Assembly: GCA_045598525.1 (NCBI GenBank)
Contig: JAZLMH010000012.1
Span: 4,154-68,153, forward strand
Direction of reading: 5' to 3'
Origin: Bacilli bacterium
GTDB taxonomy: Bacteria > Bacillota_I > Bacilli_A > RFN20 > CAG-826
DNA: 64,000 nucleotides
Positions 29,598 through 37,963 of the stretch are shown here, one piece after another. The translations under genes were made by a program, and so were the position numbers. Each line of letters begins with the position of its first letter. Positions within the stretch are counted from its first letter, which is position 1. The notes beneath the pieces are model-generated. The model worked only from the letters and a program-made list of their open reading frames with translations, had not been told where the DNA came from and ran no database searches.

Positions 29598-32500
29598 TTA
29601 CCACGTTGACTCCACTGAGGCTGGAACAGACACCGTTGGCGTGGCTCCAGCTACTAATTCAAATTCTCCTGTTGGAGTAGTTTTGACATAGACATTATAT
29701 TCAGACGAATAATAGTTAAAGATTTTTAAGGACGCTTCTTTATCTGCATAGCAGGTGATGAAATATGTGCCTTTCTTTGAGCCTTCTACATCTTCTGCAT
29801 ATTCTTCGTTTTTGACGTATCTGACATTTGTTAAATATGTGTAGTCGACATAATCGCCGCCGGCTGTTGGGTTTTCTAAGAAGAAATTAAGGATGGTGTT
29901 ATCAATTGTGTCTGTAGCGTTTCTATAACCAATCTGACCGAAAGAACCACCGAAACCGTCTTGAGCCTTATACTCGAAGTCGATGTTAGTGATCCAGGTG
30001 TCGTTTCCTCTATTGGACTGGCCGCCAAGAACAAGGATATATGTATCAATCTTGACTTGTTCTTCTTTGGTCATGGATGTCGTGCCATCAGAATTATATG
30101 TGCCTAAAACTCTTCCTTCGGCATCTAAAGCGCAGTACGAGACTTTCTGGACGTCTTCTTCCATGAGGTCTAAAGAAATGTTATGAGTAACATTAATAAA
30201 CCCAGTGTCTTCTGATTCAACGATGTTTGTTCCTGCACTCTTCAAAGACATAAACTCATTGCCTTTTTTGAATGAAGGATCAACTAGGTCCAACGAGTAA
30301 CCTAAGATGGTTGCTTGGACATAGGTAAAGGAGATCTTACCTAAAGCATCGTTTCTTCCATCGACTGCGTTAGATGTGTTTTTCAAATAAACGACAATGG
30401 AACTTCTACAGTTTTCCTCTGCAAAGAACAACTGGCCTTTTGCTGGTGCTGGGCCTACAAATTCACCTGCTGTTCGTTCGGAATTTAAAGAAAGAACAGC
30501 GATTGAGATTCTATTTCCTAAAAGACTGAAGTTTTGATAATAGAACTCTGCTCCACCACCTACGACATCGATATTCTTTGAACGATATCCGGACTCACGA
30601 ACTAATGTTTCTTCTGAAACAAAGTATTCTTTTGTTTGTGGGTTTTGAAGAACATCCCTTCTAATGATGACCAATTTCCAGACAGGTAAACTGCCGTTAA
30701 ACCCAGGTGTATATAAGAAGCTTGTGTTATATGACTCGTTTATTTCAGGGATTGTGACAAAAGCATCTTGCTCAACACCATCAATAACTTCCTTAAATAA
30801 TATAGGGGCCTCAAATGTTCTTGGGTCAACGTGAGGGAGAGTTTCATTTGGATTGAAAGTAAAGGTCGTTCTCTCAACCCTGTCGTTAGAAACTTTGATT
30901 AATGCGTTGTAATTTGTTTGATCTGTGTTTGAGTCGATTTTTGTAAAATCGTTTCCAACATCTAAATGAACACCCTGAAGAGTATCGTTAACAACAATCT
31001 CTTTTTGGCTAAGTTTTCCAGTTGTTGCGTCATATCCTCCACAGACGTAGGACGCTCTTCTTGTGCCACCGCCCCAAGGATAAGTGAATGAGAAGATGAT
31101 TGAATAATGATGTCTGCCTTCTTGTATGTTTTGAAGATGGATTGTGTTTGCCTTGAAATTTAAATTGTACCAAAGAACATTGGTACGAGTTGCTGTGAAA
31201 GTGAAAGGAATATTTATGTAATTATTTGCGGTTACTCTTCCGCCAGGATCTTTTGTGTAACCATCCGCATCCCAATATAATCTAGCGTCAATTGAGACGT
31301 TTCTTTCTGAAATTCCACCGATTTTGATTTCGTCGATGTTAAAGGTAAAATCCTCAATATTCAAATCAAAATCATAGACGTCATAACCAGAGATAACTTG
31401 TCTATCAAAAGATTCGCCATACATGAAACAATGGTTTTTTTCGCTCCAATAGTAATATGGGGTTGGAGCTTCTTCTCTTGTTTCGGTGTTAACAATTAAA
31501 CCTTCACCTGAGCCTTTAAGAGAGTGGTCATAATATAACGGTTGGTTAACAGGTGCTTTGATTGCGCCGTCGTGGGAAGTATTGCTTCCGTCATTATCCA
31601 TGTATCCTCTATCTTGGTAATAGACATTGTATTCATGCTTTTGCTCAACAAATTCAGGCGAAGCATAACCAGATGTCGATAAAGAGTAACCATCTTGAAT
31701 TAAATATGTGCCTGAACCTGCTGCTCTATCTGGCGCGATCGCATTTGAGAATGGGACAATATGTTGGCCGTCAGTGGTCATTCTCTTTGTTTTATCGCCA
31801 TCGTCATTTGGGGTTTCATTATATGTTGCTCTTGTGTTTCTTAAGACGAGCTGCTGATTTTTGATTGAATCATAGGTCGTATTGAAATAGTTATAGACGG
31901 CCTGTGAATTTAAGGAGAATTGGTAGTCACGGCCATAACCTAAACCGCCGCCTAAAGCATCTTGCTCTGCTCTGCCATAGTAACCGTAGTTATTGATGTG
32001 AAGGCCGCTTGTTGTACCTTTAAGAGTGCAGTTATTAACATATACGTTCTGGAAGTTTTGTGTCTCATCTAAGTGACCTGCGATATAACCAAAATGGACT
32101 GCGCCTTTCTGGTGGACGTGTCCTGTTTCGGCATTTAATTCATCTTCTGTTGGTTCGGTGTAATGTGTACCTGTTGTATCAATGATGAAGTCGCTGAAGT
32201 ATGTGTTTAAGCAAGTGCCATGACCGACGAAGCCAAAAATACCGATATCGCAGAATTGGTCTCTTGTCGCGTCAATATGGAATCCGGAAACAGTCATGTT
32301 GTTTCCCTCGATATGCGCGTTAAATGGTTTTTTAACGGAACCAAGAGGGGCTAAGGAAGCGATACGGTCACAGTTAAGAATCTTTGAATAACCATTTCCT
32401 TCTGAATTATCGACTTTACCATCTTTGTAGTTATAGACTTCGATTGTTTCTGGATTGCCATCAAGGTCGGTGCCGATTTCAAAATAGAATTCCTTTTCAG

Positions 32501-32756
32501 CAAAACCTTCGAGGTTATAGTGAAGAAGGACCATGTTTTCGTAGTGTCTAGGTCTAGTGATGATGAATGGATGCTCTTCTGAGCCGTCGCCATCATGGAA
32601 ATATTTCTGAAGGACTGAGCCGGTTAAACCATCTTCTATATCAATTTTGTTCTCGTTATAGAACCAAGCAGCAGAAAGACCGCTTGCGACAAGGAGAGCC
32701 CCTGAGCAAACGGCGGAGACTAATAACACTAATTTGGACTTTAATGATTTTTTCAT
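29598..32756 (-). CDS. large (1052 aa) exported or N-terminally anchored protein; putative adhesin or matrix component with a SipW-type 'AAWF' N-terminus
   Basis: N-terminus MKKSLKSKLVLLVSAVCSGALLVASGLSAAWFYNE, followed by GDGSEEHPFIITRPRHYENM...IEGNNMTVSGFHID...IGIFGFVG (beta-helix/GLUG-like start). GGAGGG RBS. TAATG overlap with the upstream gene. Confidence 0.8.
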   Translation of the reverse strand: MKKSLKSKLVLLVSAVCSGALLVASGLSAAWFYNENKIDIEDGLTGSVLQKYFHDGDGSEEHPFIITRPRHYENMVLLHYNLEGFAEKEFYFEIGTDLDGNPETIEVYNYKDGKVDNSEGNGYSKILNCDRIASLAPLGSVKKPFNAHIEGNNMTVSGFHIDATRDQFCDIGIFGFVGHGTCLNTYFSDFIIDTTGTHYTEPTEDELNAETGHVHQKGAVHFGYIAGHLDETQNFQNVYVNNCTLKGTTSGLHINNYGYYGRAEQDALGGGLGYGRDYQFSLNSQAVYNYFNTTYDSIKNQQLVLRNTRATYNETPNDDGDKTKRMTTDGQHIVPFSNAIAPDRAAGSGTYLIQDGYSLSTSGYASPEFVEQKHEYNVYYQDRGYMDNDGSNTSHDGAIKAPVNQPLYYDHSLKGSGEGLIVNTETREEAPTPYYYWSEKNHCFMYGESFDRQVISGYDVYDFDLNIEDFTFNIDEIKIGGISERNVSIDARLYWDADGYTKDPGGRVTANNYINIPFTFTATRTNVLWYNLNFKANTIHLQNIQEGRHHYSIIFSFTYPWGGGTRRASYVCGGYDATTGKLSQKEIVVNDTLQGVHLDVGNDFTKIDSNTDQTNYNALIKVSNDRVERTTFTFNPNETLPHVDPRTFEAPILFKEVIDGVEQDAFVTIPEINESYNTSFLYTPGFNGSLPVWKLVIIRRDVLQNPQTKEYFVSEETLVRESGYRSKNIDVVGGGAEFYYQNFSLLGNRISIAVLSLNSERTAGEFVGPAPAKGQLFFAEENCRSSIVVYLKNTSNAVDGRNDALGKISFTYVQATILGYSLDLVDPSFKKGNEFMSLKSAGTNIVESEDTGFINVTHNISLDLMEEDVQKVSYCALDAEGRVLGTYNSDGTTSMTKEEQVKIDTYILVLGGQSNRGNDTWITNIDFEYKAQDGFGGSFGQIGYRNATDTIDNTILNFFLENPTAGGDYVDYTYLTNVRYVKNEEYAEDVEGSKKGTYFITCYADKEASLKIFNYYSSEYNVYVKTTPTGEFELVAGATPTVSVPASVESTW

Positions 32757-33598
32757 TAGTTGGTCCCTCCTGCATAGAATTGGAGTTTAGTGATATCGCA
32801 GATAAAAGAGATTGAATAAGATTCGAGGTTATCAGCAGTAGCCTTTTCATCCGAAGAGTGTTCGAAATAGTAGTCGACAAGAGTGTCTTTGTAGAAGTAT
32901 TCAAGATACAAGACAGTGACTTGGTCATCTGCTGTTTCGTCTACGTCCAAATTATTGAAGATGATTGTGTTATCTTCGACTTTGGTGCCGACTTCTTGAC
33001 CTAAGGCTCCGCTAAGAGAGACGTAGCTCTTAGTATCGTCAATGCCCTCAAAGACTTTGTAGGCGCTATCATAAATTGATTCAGCGCTTGATTCATCAAA
33101 TGCTGAAGGATTTGCTAATTCGTGTCTAAGGAAGTATTTGAAGCCAATGATGTTTGACATGTTTCTAGTAACCATTGATTGGTTATCAAGGAATGAGCCA
33201 GAACAAGGCACCCTTAAAGAGAAACGGGAAGATGCATCTGTTGTTCCGTTTGATTTAACTTCGATTCTTAAGACTTTGTTGTTATAAACGTTTCTTTCAG
33301 GAATGAAAGAGTCGTATTGAGGGAGGGCGAACTTAGAAGTGAAGACATCATTTTTGTCTTCGTCTTTGATTACTCTATCTTCTGCTACTCTGCCAGTAAG
33401 GTTATCTTGATCATATTCGTAGACCTGGAAATCTACATCGAGGGCATCGTCATCTGAGACAGCGAATGCCTGAGTTGCTGCTTCAGCGTTTCTAATGGTT
33501 GTGAACCAAGCGGCAGTTAAGGAGACAAACATGGTTGCACAGGAAAGGATGGTCAATCCAATAAGACCAGCCGCCTTTGCCTTGTACTTTCTTTCCAT
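32756..33598 (-). CDS. 280-aa exported protein with a SipW-dependent-type signal peptide (TasA/camelysin-like candidate)
   Basis: N-terminus MERKYKAKAAGLIGLTILSCATMFVSLTAAWFTTIRNAEAATQAFAVSDDDALDVDF resembles the ..GTxA[YF]F[TS]D.. class. AAGGAG RBS 9 nt upstream. Confidence 0.75.
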   Translation of the reverse strand: MERKYKAKAAGLIGLTILSCATMFVSLTAAWFTTIRNAEAATQAFAVSDDDALDVDFQVYEYDQDNLTGRVAEDRVIKDEDKNDVFTSKFALPQYDSFIPERNVYNNKVLRIEVKSNGTTDASSRFSLRVPCSGSFLDNQSMVTRNMSNIIGFKYFLRHELANPSAFDESSAESIYDSAYKVFEGIDDTKSYVSLSGALGQEVGTKVEDNTIIFNNLDVDETADDQVTVLYLEYFYKDTLVDYYFEHSSDEKATADNLESYSISFICDITKLQFYAGGTN

Positions 33599-33636
33599 AG
33601 AAGCACTCTCCTTAGACTGGTGGCTTTTATTCCCTT

Positions 33637-33666
33637 AAAAAATAAAAACCAACCCAATGAGTTGGC
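33637..33666 (-). terminator. leader (attenuator) terminator upstream of the 280-aa gene
   Basis: On the minus strand: GCCAAC-UCAUUG-GGUUGG followed by UUUUUAUUUUUU. It lies 38 nt upstream of the start codon, so it is within the 5' UTR. Confidence 0.6.
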
Positions 33667-33730
33667 AGCTGGCTACCCCGAAGGGCCCTTTAGTTTTGCG
33701 TCACTAGATTTCTCTAGTTTTGCTTTTTAC
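33664..33730 (-). promoter_or_regulatory. candidate c-di-GMP-I (GEMM-I-like) riboswitch aptamer
   Basis: Minus-strand RNA AAGCAAAAC-UAGA-GAAA-UCUA-GUGACGCAAAACUAAAGGGCCCUUCGGGGUAGCCAGCUGCC. It contains GCAAAC-like, GNRA-hairpin, GACGCAAA and AGCC..CUGCC blocks. Its 3' end overlaps the terminator's 5' arm. Confidence 0.45.
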
Positions 33731-33737
33731 ATTCATA

Positions 33738-33765
33738 ATTATATCCAAGACCAATTAATTATCAA
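33738..33765 (-). promoter_or_regulatory. promoter TTGATA-N16-TATAAT driving the riboswitch leader
   Basis: Near-consensus hexamers on the minus strand, about 140 nt upstream of the ATG at 33598. Confidence 0.55.
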
Positions 33766-33902
33766 CTTTATTTTATAAAAAATATCGAGGAATACTTGTT
33801 TTTGCCAAATACTTTAAAAGTTTTTTTCGTAAAAAACAACGCGAAAAATACAACTAATAGAATATCAAAAAAAGAGATTTTAAGCGGTTTTTGCTGGGGG
33901 TT

Positions 33903-35099
33903 TTAGTGAATATCGGCCACTAAAGGATGGATGTCTGCGTTGCCTTGGATTCTTGCTCTTCCGCCTACTGGAACACCATCTGAATCAGTATCGAGAACGA
34001 AGCTCATTTTTGTGTTATTCATCTTTTCGTCATGCTTGTTTGCATGGGTTGCTTTGTTTAAATAATTGCCCTCAAGCATATACGAGACCTTGTTTGTTGT
34101 ATCGAGGTCATAGGTGTATTGAGTAACTGAGTTGTACTTAACGGCGATATGTGTTGTTGTTCCTGTTACCGTTCTTTCATAAACAATCTCGTCACCATAT
34201 GTGGCATTGAATGTTTTGACAGCCTCTGTGTTTGTAGGATTCATCAAAGTGATAGTGAATTCCTTATATGACTTATCGTATGCTGACTCAAATTCGAGTT
34301 TGAGACTATTGCTTGAAAGCTTCCCAAGTTCAACCCATTTGTCTCCATCGCTGATGAAGGTGTCATATGCTGGCATATGATCAACTAAAGATTTGTCTAA
34401 GTAAATGACGCCTGCGTTGCCTGCTGCATCCCCTGCTTCTGGAGAACCTAAGCCCCAAGCTGGTTGACCCGCGTTCGTTCCTGATTTCCAAACATAAGCA
34501 GGCGATTCTGAAGCGACAAATTTGTGCTTTGCTGAAGCCGTGTCTTTTGAAAGAGTCCAGCCAGCGAAATTATAGTTATTGTAGTATTCAGTTTTTTCTT
34601 CGACAGGATTGGTTGAAGGGAAAGAAAGAGCAGTTCCAAAATCCACTTTTGTTCCTCCAGCGATGGCTTTGCCATCATTTTTGAAGGATGTTTCTATTTT
34701 GTATGCTTCTTCTTTGAATGTTGCGACGACCTTGCAGTTGCTTTGAATGTTATTTAAATCGACTGCCTGACCATCTAATTCTTCTTTAGCATTTCCATAA
34801 GTTTTGTCGTATGTTCCAACCCATTCATCAAAAACGTATCTGCTCCCTGGGTTTGTAATTTCTAAATCACTATGAGGATTCCAGTCGTAACTGGTTCCAT
34901 CCATTGGTCTGAACGGTCCCGATTTTCCCTCGATGACATATGCGTAACCGACCTGAGTTCCTGCCTCATCAAAGTAGTCAACCTGATAAACCGGGGAGCC
35001 TTTGTGGTTTTCATCACCTTCGGTGGCACATCCAAATAATGCCCCTGTTAGCAATAAACTGCTGAGCATTAAAACTTTTTGGAACTTGGTTTTTTTCAT
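33903..35099 (-). CDS. surface lipoprotein (398 aa) with F-x-GW beta-repeat-like segments
   Basis: Lipobox LLLTGALFGCATEG. Contains RYVFDEWVG and YNFAGWTL, reminiscent of Listeria-Bacteroides-type repeats. Confidence 0.6.
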   Translation of the reverse strand: MKKTKFQKVLMLSSLLLTGALFGCATEGDENHKGSPVYQVDYFDEAGTQVGYAYVIEGKSGPFRPMDGTSYDWNPHSDLEITNPGSRYVFDEWVGTYDKTYGNAKEELDGQAVDLNNIQSNCKVVATFKEEAYKIETSFKNDGKAIAGGTKVDFGTALSFPSTNPVEEKTEYYNNYNFAGWTLSKDTASAKHKFVASESPAYVWKSGTNAGQPAWGLGSPEAGDAAGNAGVIYLDKSLVDHMPAYDTFISDGDKWVELGKLSSNSLKLEFESAYDKSYKEFTITLMNPTNTEAVKTFNATYGDEIVYERTVTGTTTHIAVKYNSVTQYTYDLDTTNKVSYMLEGNYLNKATHANKHDEKMNNTKMSFVLDTDSDGVPVGGRARIQGNADIHPLVADIH

Positions 35100-35197
35100 A
35101 CAAAGATTATGTATTAAAACTTCCTTTATAGGAAGATATTTCTTTATTGTTTCAAAAAGTGTGGACTATTATTTGTGTGAGTATAAAATACTCGTTG

Positions 35198-35226
35198 TTG
35201 CCCCTCGCACTCGCGAAGGGTATATT
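35198..35226 (+). promoter_or_regulatory. promoter TTGCCC-N17-TATATT
   Basis: Hexamers read directly, 30 nt upstream of the ATG at 35257. Confidence 0.4.
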
Positions 35227-35256
35227 AATAAAGCCCACTAGTTAGGAAAACAGTCT

Positions 35257-35721
35257 ATGAAAAAAGTAAGATCAGCAACTCGTATTATCTCAGTATTCGT
35301 TCTCATCTTTGCATTCGTTGCGATGATGTGTATGTTCGCAAACGCATTTGATGGCGAAGCAGGATGCGCTCGCGGTAACGTCTTCAGCGTTATGTTCGCT
35401 CTCAAAGATGGCTACAACCCAGTTTGGCCACTCATCATTGGCTTCGCTGGTGTATCACTTCTTATGATCGGCGCTCTTGCAGGCCTCTTAATTGGCGAAG
35501 CTGCTGGTAAGACCCTCGCATTTGTTGAAATCGGCCTTGGCCTTGTCGCAGGTGTCTTATTCCTCTTCTCCATGATGTTCTATTCTGGAGCAAACCCAAA
35601 TGTCGACATGGCAAGCACCGCTGATAACTCATTAGGTGCTGGTTCAATCTGCGTTTCAATCTTCAGCTTTGTTTGTGCAGGTCTTGGTGTTATGGACCTT
35701 CTCATCCACAACAAGAAATAA
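35257..35721 (+). CDS. small Gly/Ala-rich 4-TM membrane protein; paralog of 59106-59618
   Basis: Four hydrophobic segments. Shares the ...SLGAGxI... motif and a basic C-terminal tail with the 170-aa protein. Strongly C-ending codon usage. Confidence 0.7.
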   Translation: MKKVRSATRIISVFVLIFAFVAMMCMFANAFDGEAGCARGNVFSVMFALKDGYNPVWPLIIGFAGVSLLMIGALAGLLIGEAAGKTLAFVEIGLGLVAGVLFLFSMMFYSGANPNVDMASTADNSLGAGSICVSIFSFVCAGLGVMDLLIHNKK

Positions 35722-35769
35722 ACCGTTATTTAAGAAATAAGCTCTCCAGTGGAGAGCTTTTTTATTTGC

Positions 35770-36258
35770 TTAAAATGAGAGCGATTGTTCAATGGACTTC
35801 TTTAGAAGTTCTTTATTATCTATATCGCTAGTCAATACGCTTCTAATAAGCATCGAAAGAATATCGGGGTTTATTGCAGATCTCTTTAAAGCAGATACGT
35901 AATCTTCCTTAGAGACAAGACACCAATCCACTCTGGCTTTTACGTTCTTAACTAACAACATGTCAAGCCAAAGCCTCATGGCGAAGTCATTCCCTTCTTT
36001 AAAAGGATGGGCGATATTCATCTCTATATATTTATTAATAATGTCGTCAAATGAACATTCCGGCATTCTCTCTACAATCTTTAAGGTATCAGGAAGGAAC
36101 ATTGGGCTTTCAAAGATGAAACCATCCTCCTTTACCACTTCTTTTCTGATTGTTCCTGCATCCAAGAAAACGCCTTCAAAGAGTGATTTATGAATCTCTA
36201 TTAACGTTAGTTCTTTATCAAAGAGAGAGATTGCTCTTTCTATTACTAAGTCTTTCAT
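35770..36258 (-). CDS. Fic/Fido-domain protein with a degenerate active-site motif (HPFKEGNDFAMR)
   Basis: IHKSLFEGVFLDAGTIRK plus HPFKEGNDFAMRLWL, compared with the canonical HxFx(D/E)GNGRxxR. Overlaps the upstream gene by 4 nt. Confidence 0.7.
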   Translation of the reverse strand: MKDLVIERAISLFDKELTLIEIHKSLFEGVFLDAGTIRKEVVKEDGFIFESPMFLPDTLKIVERMPECSFDDIINKYIEMNIAHPFKEGNDFAMRLWLDMLLVKNVKARVDWCLVSKEDYVSALKRSAINPDILSMLIRSVLTSDIDNKELLKKSIEQSLSF

Positions 36259-36710
36259 ACAATCCTATCTATATTCTTGAGAATATCTTTGCAGCAATCA
36301 ACAATCTCTCCTAGGACTTCATCGAATTCCCCTGTATACCATGGATCGCTTATTTCACCTAATCTTGGAGTGAAAACGGAAAGAGGGTGACAGATTCTTC
36401 TAATGTCAGCGATTCTATATGTTAAGAGCCTGATATTAGATTCATCCATGTAGAAGATGGCGTCAGCGTGATCGTAATCTGCCTGGGTGATTTTCATCGC
36501 GGTATGTCTTTCAAATGGGATGCCCGCATCTCTTAATGCGCGTTTCATTGGGGGATAAATATCGTTTCCTTGTTCTTCGCTAGAAGCGCCTCTAGAGAAA
36601 ACATGGAAGTCTTTTTCTCTTCCTTCTTTCTTCAAAAGGTCTTTGAAGACATATTCTGCTGCTGAGCTGCGACAGATATTGCCATGGCATAAGAATATTA
36701 TAATTTTCAT
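36255..36710 (-). CDS. low-molecular-weight protein-tyrosine phosphatase
   Basis: CX5R(S) P-loop CHGNICRS at the N-terminus, and DPWY (Asp general acid) near the C-terminus. Confidence 0.88.
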   Translation of the reverse strand: MKIIIFLCHGNICRSSAAEYVFKDLLKKEGREKDFHVFSRGASSEEQGNDIYPPMKRALRDAGIPFERHTAMKITQADYDHADAIFYMDESNIRLLTYRIADIRRICHPLSVFTPRLGEISDPWYTGEFDEVLGEIVDCCKDILKNIDRIV

Positions 36711-37162
36711 TCTTCTCCTCCTTTTGAAAACTTGTATCCTCGCGATTTAAGGCCTTCGATTATCTTATCAACGCATTCATCAAGATGCTTATTAATCTCA
36801 TTTCCCCAGAAACGGTATATGAGATAACCTTCTTTCGTTAGCCTTTCGTTCACTTCATTGTCTCTTTGAATATTCCTTCTAATTTTAGGAATCCAATAAG
36901 ATGTATTGCTCTTAATTTTGCTAATGTTCTCTTCGAAATCTTTGCCATGCCAGAACTCAGAGTCTGCAAAGACAACGACTTTAACGCTTTTAAAAGAGAT
37001 ATCTGGATGTCCAAAAATGTATTTGCTGTTGCAGCGATATCTGCAGCCTCTCTCATATAGGGCTTTCCTTAATTTAATTTCGATTGAAGTGTCTTTGCCC
37101 CTGATTCTGCTCATGGTATATGACACTGTTGCTTCATCACGCTCCATAAGTAAATGAGACAA
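36707..37162 (-). CDS. vsr: very short patch repair endonuclease
   Basis: MSRIRGKDTSIEIKLRKAL, GHPDISF, FADSEFWHG and W..KI..N..RD motifs. The start may instead be the ATG at 37147. Confidence 0.85.
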   Translation of the reverse strand: MSHLLMERDEATVSYTMSRIRGKDTSIEIKLRKALYERGCRYRCNSKYIFGHPDISFKSVKVVVFADSEFWHGKDFEENISKIKSNTSYWIPKIRRNIQRDNEVNERLTKEGYLIYRFWGNEINKHLDECVDKIIEGLKSRGYKFSKGGEE

Positions 37163-37961
37163 AAATCTCCCCTTCTATTTCTTTTTCCTCAAGATTAAGT
37201 TTCTTGATGTTTCCAAGGAACGTATATTTTGAAGAATATGAATCAACTCGATTGTTCGAGCATTTGACTGTTAATGATTTGATGGTTGCGTTTGCGGGGA
37301 ACGCATTCTCGCCCGCATAGAGCTGGGTGATAGGCAATGAGGCGCCTTTGAAAGTGACTTCAAGATTATCTTCTTTGTCGCTAAGGGCTTCAAAAGAAGT
37401 TAAACCGTTGGTTTTATTTGGTGTGGCCGGCGTGCCAATGGAAGAGATCCACTGCGAACAAAGAGAAAGCGCTTCTAGGCTATTTGAATGAATTAACGAT
37501 GGAAGGTTGATAAAACTAGCAAGGTAAGAATCAGTCGTTGGCGAATAATAGTGAATGGTGTTCTCATCTTGGACGATGTATTTATTATTTTCACGGGATA
37601 CTTTGGCTCTCATTTCTACATCTTCCTGATCCTTGAACATATGAGTATCGGTCCAATCGTACTTGATTGAATACTCGGTTTTATCATCGTCAAGGCGATA
37701 TGGGGCTGTGTATTTGACATCGACATTTGATTTTCTTGTGATTGTCTTGTTCCATCCATCGCTTACGTATTCTTCAATATGCGACGAGAAAGAATAGTCA
37801 GTAAATTCGACTTTAAAATCGTTTTGCTCAGCAATGAGGTTTTCTATTTTTTGAGTTGCGGTATCAAGGTTGATGCCAAGCATTTTTGTGTTTGCACAGC
37901 CAAAAAGAAAGGATACTCCTGAAAGAATTAAAAGCGTTTTTGCTAGTGATTTCTTATTCAT
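37137..37961 (-). CDS. lipoprotein of unknown function (274 aa)
   Basis: Lipobox LILSGVSFLFGCANT. Starts 3 nt after the ABC gene's stop, and its 3' end overlaps the vsr start. Confidence 0.7.
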   Translation of the reverse strand: MNKKSLAKTLLILSGVSFLFGCANTKMLGINLDTATQKIENLIAEQNDFKVEFTDYSFSSHIEEYVSDGWNKTITRKSNVDVKYTAPYRLDDDKTEYSIKYDWTDTHMFKDQEDVEMRAKVSRENNKYIVQDENTIHYYSPTTDSYLASFINLPSLIHSNSLEALSLCSQWISSIGTPATPNKTNGLTSFEALSDKEDNLEVTFKGASLPITQLYAGENAFPANATIKSLTVKCSNNRVDSYSSKYTFLGNIKKLNLEEKEIEGEIFVSFTYGA

Positions 37962-37963
37962 AA

